Shown here one piece after another: positions 40,869 through 49,965 of a DNA stretch of 64,000 nucleotides. Each line of letters starts with the position of its first letter. Position 1 is the first letter of the stretch. The notes under the pieces are model-generated. The model did not search any database, was not told the DNA's origin, and worked only from the letters and a program-made list of their open reading frames with translations. The stretch lies in the NCBI GenBank assembly GCA_951813565.1, contig OX638351.1, positions 5,024,001-5,088,000 on the forward strand, in the 5' to 3' direction. This DNA is from an uncultured Poribacteria bacterium (GTDB lineage Bacteria > Poribacteria > WGA-4E > WGA-3G). The translations under genes and the position numbers were made by a program.

Positions 40869-41010
40869 GTAGTCGCGCAATTCATTGCCAAATCAACGCA
40901 GCATGCGCCAAATCAACGGTATGAATGCCTTATGGCATTCCCCGTGTGGCATGCTGCGCCTCTTTGAACTTGTGGACGGAGACCCACGGCGTGTGCGGAC
41001 TACCTTTAAG
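40869..41010. repeat. REP invaded by nested AATCAAC micro-units (40889-40957 containing 40909-40943), then a ~45-bp repeat also found at 22377-22420
   Basis: Removing the units restores GTAGTCGCGCAATTCATTGCGCCTCT (intact copy at 57729). Confidence 0.8.
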
Positions 41011-41122
41011 CGCATATTTAACATCGGAATTATTTATGCACACCCCTCATTTATATTGACTAACAGATATCCTGAAGGAAATTGACATACTCCCAAGCTA
41101 AAGCATGGGGATTCTTCTATCA

Positions 41123-42280
41123 TCAGAGACTGCCTGCCGAGGCAGGTGTTACGTCTCCTCCTGAAAAGGTTGACGCCCCAACCTTATGAATATTTATAGC
41201 GGCGTTTATATCGCGGTCATGAGAGATTTTGCAGTGATGACAATACCAATCGCGCACACTCAAATTAAAGAACATCTGGATTTGTCCGCAGGCGTGGCAA
41301 ACTTTGCTTGTGGGTGTCCATCTGTCAATCTGCTTGACATGCTTGCATCGTTTTTGTGCTTGCCATTTGATTTTCAGCATGAAATCTCCAAAGGCGTAGT
41401 CAGAGACTTTTCGTCCCCAGAGGCGTTTCATGCCATCAAGGTTCAAGTCTTCAAAGTAGCAGACATCAAACTTTCGGACAAGTTCAAGTGCGAGTTTCCA
41501 GTGATGGTCTTCACGTTGCCGATTGATTTTCCTGTGTACCCGTGCAAGGTCTTTCCTCACACGCTCGCGATTGTTGCTGCCTTTTTGCTTCCGAGACAAC
41601 GCACGACTCGCACGTTTTATCAGTTTAGCAGCAGATTTATAGAATTCAGGAGATTGATATTTTGTGCCATCGGAACAGGTGAGGAAGTGCTTGAGTCCAA
41701 AGTCAAACCCTGCTGTCCTACCAGTCTTAGGTGCAGGCTCAAGTCCCTCAGTGTCTGTTGTGATAGTGATATACCAATCCCCTACAAAGTCTTTCTTAAC
41801 GGTAACCTGTTTGATGTTGCCTTCAATAGGTCGGCTATACCAGAATCGGTACCAGCGTCTATTGATACGGATTTTCGCAACGGGGCAGCCATCTATTTTG
41901 TCAATAGTTTCTATTTTCACTTGGCTACCATCAAAAGTCATAGATTTATATTTATACCGACTTCTAAATTTAGGTGGACGCTTGGCTCTACCTTCAAAGA
42001 AGTTTTGCCAACCTCTGTCAACACGTTGGATACATTCTTGCAAACACCAAGAATACGGAACAGTCCAGTGTTGATATTTAGCAAGTCGTTTCAGTTTCGT
42101 CAGATGTTTAATCATTCTGTAGCAGCTTGGACGCTTATAGTCTTCGCAATGTCCGTAGATGCGATAGTGACGCTGCCACAACGCAACAAAATGGTTATGG
42201 ACATGTGCAATGATATGCAAATCTTTTTGCATAAGACGGTTTCTTTTGTGTTCTTGTCCCTTGTATTTGTAGGTTCGCAT
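41123..42280 (-). CDS. tnpB: TnpB RNA-guided endonuclease
   Basis: GFDFG, YFEDL, CHAC...CHHC, DRDINAA. Confidence 0.95.
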   Translation of the reverse strand: MRTYKYKGQEHKRNRLMQKDLHIIAHVHNHFVALWQRHYRIYGHCEDYKRPSCYRMIKHLTKLKRLAKYQHWTVPYSWCLQECIQRVDRGWQNFFEGRAKRPPKFRSRYKYKSMTFDGSQVKIETIDKIDGCPVAKIRINRRWYRFWYSRPIEGNIKQVTVKKDFVGDWYITITTDTEGLEPAPKTGRTAGFDFGLKHFLTCSDGTKYQSPEFYKSAAKLIKRASRALSRKQKGSNNRERVRKDLARVHRKINRQREDHHWKLALELVRKFDVCYFEDLNLDGMKRLWGRKVSDYAFGDFMLKIKWQAQKRCKHVKQIDRWTPTSKVCHACGQIQMFFNLSVRDWYCHHCKISHDRDINAAINIHKVGASTFSGGDVTPASAGSL

Positions 42281-42294
42281 TACCTATATCCTTC

Positions 42295-42402
42295 GCATTA
42301 CAATGCCAACTTCAAATGGTGCGGTGGCACTCTCAAGCGAGAGGTGAAGTCCACCGCTGTAATGCTGAATATAGTATACCAAAAACGCAAGGAAAAATCA
42401 AC
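42295..42402 (-). promoter_or_regulatory. tnpB promoter (TTGATT-N17-TATACT) and structured 5' leader
   Basis: Stems GCATTACA/TGTAATGC, GCGGTGG/CCACCGC and CTCTC/GAGAG close just before the GAAGGA RBS. Confidence 0.6.
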
Positions 42403-42475
42403 AAAAAAATGGAGACGTTAGCGGTGTCTACATCCCCGTGCTAAAGCAACGGGGTTTTGACACCGAAGATTGATA

Positions 42476-45244
42476 ATGAACGATTTTAAACAAATACTGT
42501 CAACTATTAGCCGTCCGTTTCAGCAAGAAATCCGAAAAGGCTGCCAAGACGATGTTGTCATAAACGGGATGGGTGCTTATGTGGATCTCTGGGTAGGACA
42601 TGCAAAGGCACTTGAACTCACCGCTGATGAAAAACAGTTTATCAATCAAATCGCTGCACTTTTTGAAAACTATACCGGTATGTCGCCGACAGAACGCCAA
42701 CAGGCTATTCAAAATGCCTCAGAACAGATTAATTCTGCACGCTCCGGTAAGCCAATAATAGATAAAACACCTACAACAAGCAACGCTGAGACGCAACAGT
42801 CCCACACGACAGAGTTAGGGGTGAACGTAGGGAACAAAAAGCCTATCCCCGCACCCTCAAAACAAGTTGAGAACTTACCACTATTTCAAGACGCCGGCGT
42901 TTCTCAGGGGACAACTGCCTCTTCAGAAAATACCCCAATTCCTGAAAAAACGACACCAAGTAACCTCAATCAGACTCGTAACGCTTCCCTATTCCCGCCT
43001 GATACCACCCCTGTGATGCGTTCTGAAGATGTTGAAGACCCAGAGGAAATACCTGTCATACTTGGGGATACACCTGTTTCAACAGATGTTGAGGAACTTG
43101 AATTTCTCAATAATCCGCTGCAATATCTGAAAGGGATTGGACCGCGCCGTGCTGAAATTTTAGCAGAAGAAATCGAAATACGAACAGTGGGTGGATTGTT
43201 AGAATATTATCCACGTGACTACATTGATAGATCCAAAACCGTAGAAATTTACAATGTCGGACGAACAGAAGACGGTGAACCAGAAACGATTCAGGGAAGG
43301 GTTGTTAATCATGTAACAACACCGCCAGTGGCGAAAGGTCGCAAGAGCATTGGTAAGGTCTCAATTTACGATGGCACTGGGGTTGCCGTGTTAGTCAACT
43401 TTGGGCGACGTATCGGCTATATCAAGTCTATACTTCCTACTGATACAGAGGTAGTTATCAGTGGAAAATTCACTCGCCGCTACAATGAAATCCAAACAAC
43501 AGACTATGAATTTGAGGTATTTGACGAAGAAAACCTGATTCACACGAAACGTATCGTGCCGAAATATCCACTCACAGCAAAACTCACAGCGAAAATGCTA
43601 CGGACAGCAGTTCGCAACGCATTGAATGAACATGGCGACAGCATTCCCGAAATTTTACCACTCACACTCCGCCAAAAACACCAGTTGATTGACAGACAGC
43701 AGGCAATTAACGAGATCCATTTTCCCTCTTCAGAAGCACATCAGCAAGCGGCACAGCGGCGGCTTGCGTTCGATGAATTTTTCCTACTCAGTCTCGGAAT
43801 GGAGATGCGTAAAGACAATAGAACTTCACAAAACGGCATCCAATTTGAGATTGAAAGTGCGCTGCAGGACAGCAATTCGCTTCTGAGGAAATTCGTGAGT
43901 TCGTTATCGTTTAAGTTAACCAATGCACAAAAAAGGGTTTTCAATGAGATTCGAGAAGATATGCAAAGTCCGCGGGTGATGAACCGATTGATTCAGGGAG
44001 ATGTCGGTTCGGGTAAAACCGCTGTCGCTGCAATGGCGCTGCTATGTGCGATTGAGAACGGATATCAAGGTGCTTTAATGGTGCCGACCGAAATCCTCGC
44101 AGAGCAACACTATCATAATCTTTCAACACTATTAACACCGCTTAGTGTGAAGGTTGTACTTCTCAAAAGCGACCTACCAAAGTCTGAACGGGAAGAAACT
44201 TTGACTGCAATAACAGATGGCTCTGCCAACCTCATTATTGGCACACAGGCACTGATACAGGAAGGCGTAGATTTTCACAAACTTGGACTCGTTATCATTG
44301 ATGAACAGCACCGTTTCGGAGTAATGCAACGCGCAACACTCAGAGGCAAAGCAAAATCATCTGCATCACAAGAAAATGATGCCGAAGCGCAGCTATCGCC
44401 CGATGTTCTTGTTATGACTGCCACCCCAATTCCGAGAACCCTTTCCCTGACTATTTACGGTGATTTAAATGTATCGGTAATTGATGAGATGCCACCGGGA
44501 AGACAGAAAATTGAAACCCAATGGATAAAAGAGAAAGACAGAACGGAATTCTACGCAAAACTTGAAAAAGAGGTGCACCGTGGGAAACAAGCTTACGTCG
44601 TCTATCCGCTCGTAGAAGAATCAGAAAAACTTGAGGAATTAAAAGCCGCCACAAGTATGGCAGAACATATCCAGAAAGATGTCTTTCCACATCTACGTGT
44701 TGGACTATTGCACGGACAGATGAAGTCTATAGAGAAGCAGGAAGTTATGTCAAGTTTCAATGCGTGTGAGATCGATATCTTAGTTGCAACGACGGTGATT
44801 GAGGTAGGTATTGATGTGCCGAATGCAACGCTGATGGTAATTGAAAACGCGGAACGGTTCGGTTTAGCGCAGTTACATCAGTTGCGTGGCAGGGTCGGCA
44901 GAGGCAGCGATAAATCATTTTGCTACCTTGTTGCAACGCCAAAAACAGATGAGGCATACCGCCGAATTCAGGTGATGGTGCGTTCTAATAACGGATTTGA
45001 AATTGCTGAAGAAGATTTGAATATCCGCGGTCCGGGTGAATTCTTCGGCACACGGCAGTCAGGAATACCCAAATTCAAAATCGCTAATATCATCAGTGAT
45101 GCTGCACTTTTGGAAACAGCGAAAAAAGAGGCGATGCTATTGATAAAAGACGATCCACAGTTAAATAACACTGAACATCAACTGATGAAACGGATGTTAA
45201 ATGCACATTGGAAAGGACATCTGGAGATCGCATCTGTTGGTTAG
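42476..45244 (+). CDS. recG: ATP-dependent DNA helicase RecG with extended N-terminus
   Basis: LIQGDVGSGKT, DEQHRFG, MTATPIPR, QLRGRVGRG, GPGEFFGTRQSG. Confidence 0.97.
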   Translation: MNDFKQILSTISRPFQQEIRKGCQDDVVINGMGAYVDLWVGHAKALELTADEKQFINQIAALFENYTGMSPTERQQAIQNASEQINSARSGKPIIDKTPTTSNAETQQSHTTELGVNVGNKKPIPAPSKQVENLPLFQDAGVSQGTTASSENTPIPEKTTPSNLNQTRNASLFPPDTTPVMRSEDVEDPEEIPVILGDTPVSTDVEELEFLNNPLQYLKGIGPRRAEILAEEIEIRTVGGLLEYYPRDYIDRSKTVEIYNVGRTEDGEPETIQGRVVNHVTTPPVAKGRKSIGKVSIYDGTGVAVLVNFGRRIGYIKSILPTDTEVVISGKFTRRYNEIQTTDYEFEVFDEENLIHTKRIVPKYPLTAKLTAKMLRTAVRNALNEHGDSIPEILPLTLRQKHQLIDRQQAINEIHFPSSEAHQQAAQRRLAFDEFFLLSLGMEMRKDNRTSQNGIQFEIESALQDSNSLLRKFVSSLSFKLTNAQKRVFNEIREDMQSPRVMNRLIQGDVGSGKTAVAAMALLCAIENGYQGALMVPTEILAEQHYHNLSTLLTPLSVKVVLLKSDLPKSEREETLTAITDGSANLIIGTQALIQEGVDFHKLGLVIIDEQHRFGVMQRATLRGKAKSSASQENDAEAQLSPDVLVMTATPIPRTLSLTIYGDLNVSVIDEMPPGRQKIETQWIKEKDRTEFYAKLEKEVHRGKQAYVVYPLVEESEKLEELKAATSMAEHIQKDVFPHLRVGLLHGQMKSIEKQEVMSSFNACEIDILVATTVIEVGIDVPNATLMVIENAERFGLAQLHQLRGRVGRGSDKSFCYLVATPKTDEAYRRIQVMVRSNNGFEIAEEDLNIRGPGEFFGTRQSGIPKFKIANIISDAALLETAKKEAMLLIKDDPQLNNTEHQLMKRMLNAHWKGHLEIASVG

Positions 45245-45258
45245 TTGTTTGAGAAACA

Positions 45259-45472
45259 CCATAGGCATCAATTAAAGGAAATATCCCTTGTAGGAGGGGT
45301 TTTCAACCCCGATTTTAGCACGCCCCTTTCGTACCTCTGGTGCTTTGATTTTGGGTGATATGTATTCTATACACCTTTCACACCGCTGGTGCTGATATAA
45401 GTTTGCTGAAGCCTCGGAGAGGCGACAGGTATATCAAATGATAAACGTTATCCACTAAATTGACGCCTATGG
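45259..45472. mobile_element. MITE-like element with TIR CCATAGGC(A/G)TCAATT and internal REP
   Basis: CCATAGGCATCAATT versus AATTGACGCCTATGG; related ends at ~22330-22348 and 30861/31260. Confidence 0.55.
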
Positions 45473-45515
45473 GTATTGATAGAGAAACACATAAGCATCT
45501 TACATTTGAGGAAAA

Positions 45516-46742
45516 ATGGCTCAACAAACAGAAGTTTTAATTGTCGGCGGTGGCATTTGGGGGCTAAGTACCGCCTACCATTTAGCAAAGTTTGGACAAA
45601 AGGACGTTCTTGTTTTGGAACGCAACGAGGCAGTCGCTGCGGAGACGACGCCCCAGGCTGCGGGTCTTGTCGGTCAAATTCGGTCCACGGTTACTATGTT
45701 GCAGGCAATCCGATATGCACTTGAACTGTTCTCTCAGTTTCCGGAAGAAACCGGACATGATACCAGTTTGCGTCGAACTGGGAGTTTGATGGTAGCACTC
45801 ACGCCGGAACGAATGGAGGCTTACACACATCAAATTGAAAGGGCTAACCAAAACGGAATTGAGGCAAACTTTGTTTCCCACGCCGAAATGGCTCGCCTTG
45901 CTCCTGCAATGAATGTGGACAAGATAGAAGGCGGATATTTCGTGCCCAATGACGGATATGTTGATCCACGGCAGTGTGCTCTCGCCTATGCTGCTGCAGC
46001 AAGAGATTTAGGAGTACAAATCCGATTGAATACATCTGTAACAGGATTTCGGCAGCGCAATGGGGAGATCCTGGGAGTAGAGACAGAAAACGGTTTTTTT
46101 ACATCAAATCATGTCGTAATCACTGCTGGACCGTGGGGTGCTGTCCTCTCCGAGAAAGTTGGTGCAACCACGGCGGTACAAACGATCCGTCATCAACGCG
46201 TTCGCACGGTGCCGACTCCCGGAATTCCTAACCATCACCCAGTTGTGCGCGTCACAGATGTCAGTTGCTACCTGAGACCTGACAAAGGTGGTTACCTTTA
46301 CGGGTACTTTGAACCAAAGCCTGTTAGTATTGATTTGCAAGCGATGCCTGCTGACTTCAGGACAGAAGATATTGAACCACCCGTGGATGTTATCACAGAA
46401 GCACGAAAACGGCTTACTCCAATCTTCCCGATTCTGAAAGACTTTGAAATAGCCGAGTATAATAGTGGCATGACAACATTTGCGCCTGATGGTGCTTATC
46501 TGATTGATGCCGTGCCAGGGATTGACCGCCTATACTTAGCCATAGGTTGTGCTGCTTTGGGGATTGCCGGTTCGGCGGCAGTTGGTCGATGGTTGGCGAA
46601 GTGGGTGATCAACGGAGATCCTGGCGAAGATTTAACTGTTTTTTCACACCAACGGTTTGGCACTCAAGCCGCTGATCAAAAATGGTTACGTCAAGAAAGC
46701 GAGCAGTTTTACGCAAACTACTACGGCATCCGCCCAGAATAG
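45516..46742 (+). CDS. FAD-dependent oxidoreductase (sarcosine oxidase beta / dimethylglycine dehydrogenase-like)
   Basis: IVGGGIWG, TT..AAG, DGYVDP, TFAPDG. Confidence 0.88.
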   Translation: MAQQTEVLIVGGGIWGLSTAYHLAKFGQKDVLVLERNEAVAAETTPQAAGLVGQIRSTVTMLQAIRYALELFSQFPEETGHDTSLRRTGSLMVALTPERMEAYTHQIERANQNGIEANFVSHAEMARLAPAMNVDKIEGGYFVPNDGYVDPRQCALAYAAAARDLGVQIRLNTSVTGFRQRNGEILGVETENGFFTSNHVVITAGPWGAVLSEKVGATTAVQTIRHQRVRTVPTPGIPNHHPVVRVTDVSCYLRPDKGGYLYGYFEPKPVSIDLQAMPADFRTEDIEPPVDVITEARKRLTPIFPILKDFEIAEYNSGMTTFAPDGAYLIDAVPGIDRLYLAIGCAALGIAGSAAVGRWLAKWVINGDPGEDLTVFSHQRFGTQAADQKWLRQESEQFYANYYGIRPE

Positions 46743-46764
46743 TAATTTCCAATTGCAACCCTTT

Positions 46765-46788
46765 GCTGGCGAGGTTTCCTAACCTCGC
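46765..46788. repeat. REP palindrome; perfect 24-bp inverted partner at 47281-47304 flanks the RAYT gene
   Basis: GCTGGCGAGGTTTCCTAACCTCGC / GCGAGGTTAGGAAACCTCGCCAGC. Confidence 0.85.
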
Positions 46789-46793
46789 TATTT

Positions 46794-47258
46794 TCACCAT
46801 CCCATCTCGTATTTACACCGCCAATACGGATACTCCCGGGCAGTTTTTACCAACCCTTTTCTCACAGGATTCAAGTAACAATAGCGGATCATCTTATTCA
46901 ATGCCGTCTCATCCCGAACCGCCCAATCCCTATACTCGGCTTGCCAGAACCTCCCACACCGTGATAGATGTTTATTGATTTCACGTGCTGTAAACAGTTT
47001 CAGTGAGTGCAAAACCTTTGGAAGTGTTTGTCCGATCCCAAGTTCAATTATGCTATGGACATGGTCGGGCATAATCATGATACAAATCCACCGAATCCGG
47101 TGTTTCGTTTCTAACCAATCAAATGTTTCAAAGATAATTGAGGCGACGTTGTTGTTTGCAAGAAGCGGCAGCCGCTGGTGTGTATTGATTATAATATGGT
47201 AATAGGCACCAGATATTGAAGTCCGGCCTTTACGCAAGTCATGATTTGAAAATTTCAT
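46794..47258 (-). CDS. REP-associated tyrosine transposase (RAYT, Y1 HUH)
   Basis: YHIIINT, IMPDHVH (HUH), FWQ..Y.D..VR, Y..LNPVRKGLV, YPYW. Confidence 0.9.
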   Translation of the reverse strand: MKFSNHDLRKGRTSISGAYYHIIINTHQRLPLLANNNVASIIFETFDWLETKHRIRWICIMIMPDHVHSIIELGIGQTLPKVLHSLKLFTAREINKHLSRCGRFWQAEYRDWAVRDETALNKMIRYCYLNPVRKGLVKTAREYPYWRCKYEMGW

Positions 47259-47478
47259 GATATTTTCCTCCATCTGCTTGGCGAGGTTAGGAAACCTCGC
47301 CAGCAGCGTGTTATACCAAATTATTCTAAATCATTGGGGCGGGGTCCCACTGAATGCCACAAAGACATTCACAGTGTTGATTTGATGCCCACCCGTGTTT
47401 TCGGTAGTGAAATAATAAAAATCTCGTTAATTTTGGTATGATACGAAGGCCTCATGGAAATTGCATAAACCCTAATTA

Positions 47479-47567
47479 TTACTGCGAAACTGTAATCAAC
47501 CGATACAACTGCAGCACAGTAACAGAAGACGCCTGGAGGCTAATGTAGACTTTCGGTCAACGGATAC
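47479..47567 (-). repeat. Distal cassette boundary: diverged 49-bp copy of the 3' end of gene 52216..53184 (41/49 identical) plus a 40-bp cassette tail
   Basis: Encodes SVTVLQLYRLITVSQ*; tail 47528-47567 identical to 49926-49965. Confidence 0.9.
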
Positions 47568-48611
47568 CTATTTCTTTAGTGCCCCCCACCTGACTTTTTT
47601 TTTGCCCTGTGGTGAGACAGACAGCACATCATCACTTATCCAATCCAGTGTCCCATCCGTGCCCGGATGGTTTGTTAACCGCGTTATCTCACCTGTCCAA
47701 ATATGATACTTATAGATATTGCACGGTGGGTATACAAAACCGCGCGGCAGCGGTTTGTCCAAAGGGATGCCGACATACGCACCGAAAACGATTGATTCAC
47801 CGTCCTCCATCCAGTCTATACCGTATCCTTCCCAGTCTTTCGGTATTCGGAGTTGCCTGATGTTCCCGCCGTTCCGATCACAAACGATATACCGGAACGC
47901 TTTGTAGACAGGAAAGTTCCCGTCATTCGGTATCGACACGTATTTATACTCTTTTTGTTGAAATACGATCTGCTTACCATCGGGCGACCAGCGCGTTCTC
48001 GATCTATAAGTGGCGAATTCTCCTGGGCCGGGGGCAGGGAGAAGTGGGCGCGGGTTATGACCATCTGCTCCCATAATCCAGATCGTGCTATTGACGCCGA
48101 TTGTCTGTCCCAATGCAAACACAATATGCTTACCATCCGGCGACCAATCACATTGGATACCCCAGATATCCGATATTTGTTCCATCTTCCCCGTCTGAAT
48201 ATTCAGCACGTAGATGCCGCCTTTCAACTCGTCGTTTTTTCGATAAGTCCTACCAAAAACAATAGATGTGCCATCTGGTGAAAATCTGCCGCCGTTGATA
48301 GAACTCCCATCGTTTTCAGTGAGTTGCCGAATGTTTGTGCCATCTGCATTCATCAAGAAAAGAACGTAATTTGCGTTTCTCTTCGCGCGTCTCTTAAACA
48401 GAATCTGTTGACCGTCCGACGACCAAGTGGGGCAACACGGTCTCAACGTTTCAGATTCGGTCAGTGGCGTGATATTGCTGCCATCATCGTCCATAACATA
48501 GATACCGTAGAGACCACCATCATGTCGTGAACTAAAAACGATTTTTGCATCTGCCGCTGTTGACAAAAGCAGTAGCAGCAGACAGAGTAGGCCGGCTTTT
48601 TGGAGGCACAT
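47568..48611 (-). CDS. Secreted TolB-like (PD40) beta-propeller, cassette 2
   Basis: Signal peptide, WSPDG repeats, C-terminal VSPQGKKKVRWGALKK. Confidence 0.85.
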   Translation of the reverse strand: MCLQKAGLLCLLLLLLSTAADAKIVFSSRHDGGLYGIYVMDDDGSNITPLTESETLRPCCPTWSSDGQQILFKRRAKRNANYVLFLMNADGTNIRQLTENDGSSINGGRFSPDGTSIVFGRTYRKNDELKGGIYVLNIQTGKMEQISDIWGIQCDWSPDGKHIVFALGQTIGVNSTIWIMGADGHNPRPLLPAPGPGEFATYRSRTRWSPDGKQIVFQQKEYKYVSIPNDGNFPVYKAFRYIVCDRNGGNIRQLRIPKDWEGYGIDWMEDGESIVFGAYVGIPLDKPLPRGFVYPPCNIYKYHIWTGEITRLTNHPGTDGTLDWISDDVLSVSPQGKKKVRWGALKK

Positions 48612-48667
48612 GGTTATTCTCCTTGTAGGGAATGGCAGGGGAATTTATCCCTGCCGTTACATTGGAA

Positions 48668-49511
48668 TTATGGATTATCTACATCCGTAAATTCCTGAAC
48701 ACCGGTATCCGCTTCCCAGTGGTCTTCCTCATGCTGACCAGCTATTTCACCATTCACTTGGAGGTGGGTGTGCGCATCAAAATAAAGCACTTCCTCATCT
48801 CCGATTTGTCTGCCGAGTGAATATTCGACCACCATAGAATCGACGGAATCAGAATGCGTGTCCCCAGACGGAAGATCGTCAAAGACAATTGGTTGGTCAA
48901 GAGGGGGGTCTCTTTTGATCCATTCCTGGGCCCCAGGCCCATTTGCAAGGGTGGTGAACTTCTGCTGTCGGAACCAGGCGGCGGCATCAAGTTCTATATT
49001 GGTGCCGTTATATGCTGAGGCAGAGGCACTCATGACGAAAGACGATCCATCAAAGTAGTGGGCTGAGACTTCTGCATAGCCGTACACACCGGTATTTTCT
49101 CCGATACCTGATGTTACTACCGGTTGGTAGAGTGTTAGGTAATAGGACTCGGTGTCTTCAGAAGGATCTCCATCATTTTCTCGCCAGGCTTCTGCGCGGA
49201 TCTCATACTCTCTACCTTTAACGGTTCCATCATTCAAGTTGTGCCATAAATTAAAATGGGCACTCGTTTTGACTTCATTACCAGAAAAAGTCTGTCCTAT
49301 CAATTCTTCGCCAAAATAAATGTCTATCTGGTCATAGGGTTCATTGGTTTCAACGGACACAGATAAAGATGTACCGCCATCACTTGAAGTATATCCAGAG
49401 GCACTCATCTCCACAATCTCAATATCAGCTTTACTACTATTGACAATACTAACTTAGCAATAGGGAACATATAATTGCTACTGCAATGCCGATTGATTTC
49501 AATCTTAACAT
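48668..49511 (-). pseudogene. Secreted acidic beta-rich protein, cassette 2, frameshifted in its signal peptide
   Basis: MLRLKSIGIAVAIICSLLLS then a frame change (~49450) to SIVNSSKADIEIVEMSASG; homologous to 51050..51850. Confidence 0.8.
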
Positions 49512-49556
49512 TTTTCTCTCCTTGTAAGGTAATATGCTTTGATAGCATATCGGTTA

Positions 49557-49925
49557 TTTATCGGGTTCCCTATCCTTGTTCGGTAGACCTTCCACCGCTT
49601 AGTAAAGATTTGGGCACCCTTACAACTAAACTATGATTCTTTACATAGTATTAGAAAGGGCACCTATATTGAAATCAATGTTTTGGCTATAACCAAGATT
49701 ATACAACAAATTCCGAACCTATGCAAAATGCTTAACATGGATTTCCAAAACAACGATATATGATACCCTTCATAATGTTAAGACACAGTATTAAGTTGCA
49801 AAGGGGGCATTCCACAAAAAAAAATGAAATTAGGAAAATAAACAGATTCTAATATGCACTTCTGTTTTCAAAAACTTTATTCGGAGGCTGTTATCAACCG
49901 ATACAACTGCGGCACGGTAACAGAA
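49557..49925 (-). repeat. ~369-bp direct repeat (copy at 51897-52264): host gene tail, promoter TTGCAT-N17-TATAAT and structured leader
   Basis: Identical except for A9 versus A8; similarity extends with a few changes into the signal-peptide codons. Confidence 0.95.
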
Positions 49926-49965
49926 GACGCCTGGAGGCTAATGTAGACTTTCGGTCAACGGATAC

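Larger units (their letters stand above)
41082..42472 (-). mobile_element. Non-autonomous IS200/IS605-family (tnpB-only) element 2
   Basis: Left end: target TTAT, guide AAAA, hairpin 42423-42464. Right end: guide GAAT and terminus TCAA, as in IS608. Confidence 0.85.

Noticed and set aside
41186..42421. 411-aa plus-strand ORF
   Set aside because: Antisense shadow of tnpB with no recognisable motifs
49563..49690. Cobalamin riboswitch (AGGTGCCC...AGGGAA)
   Set aside because: Lacks the downstream GGTG.AA.TCC and GC.ACTGT core
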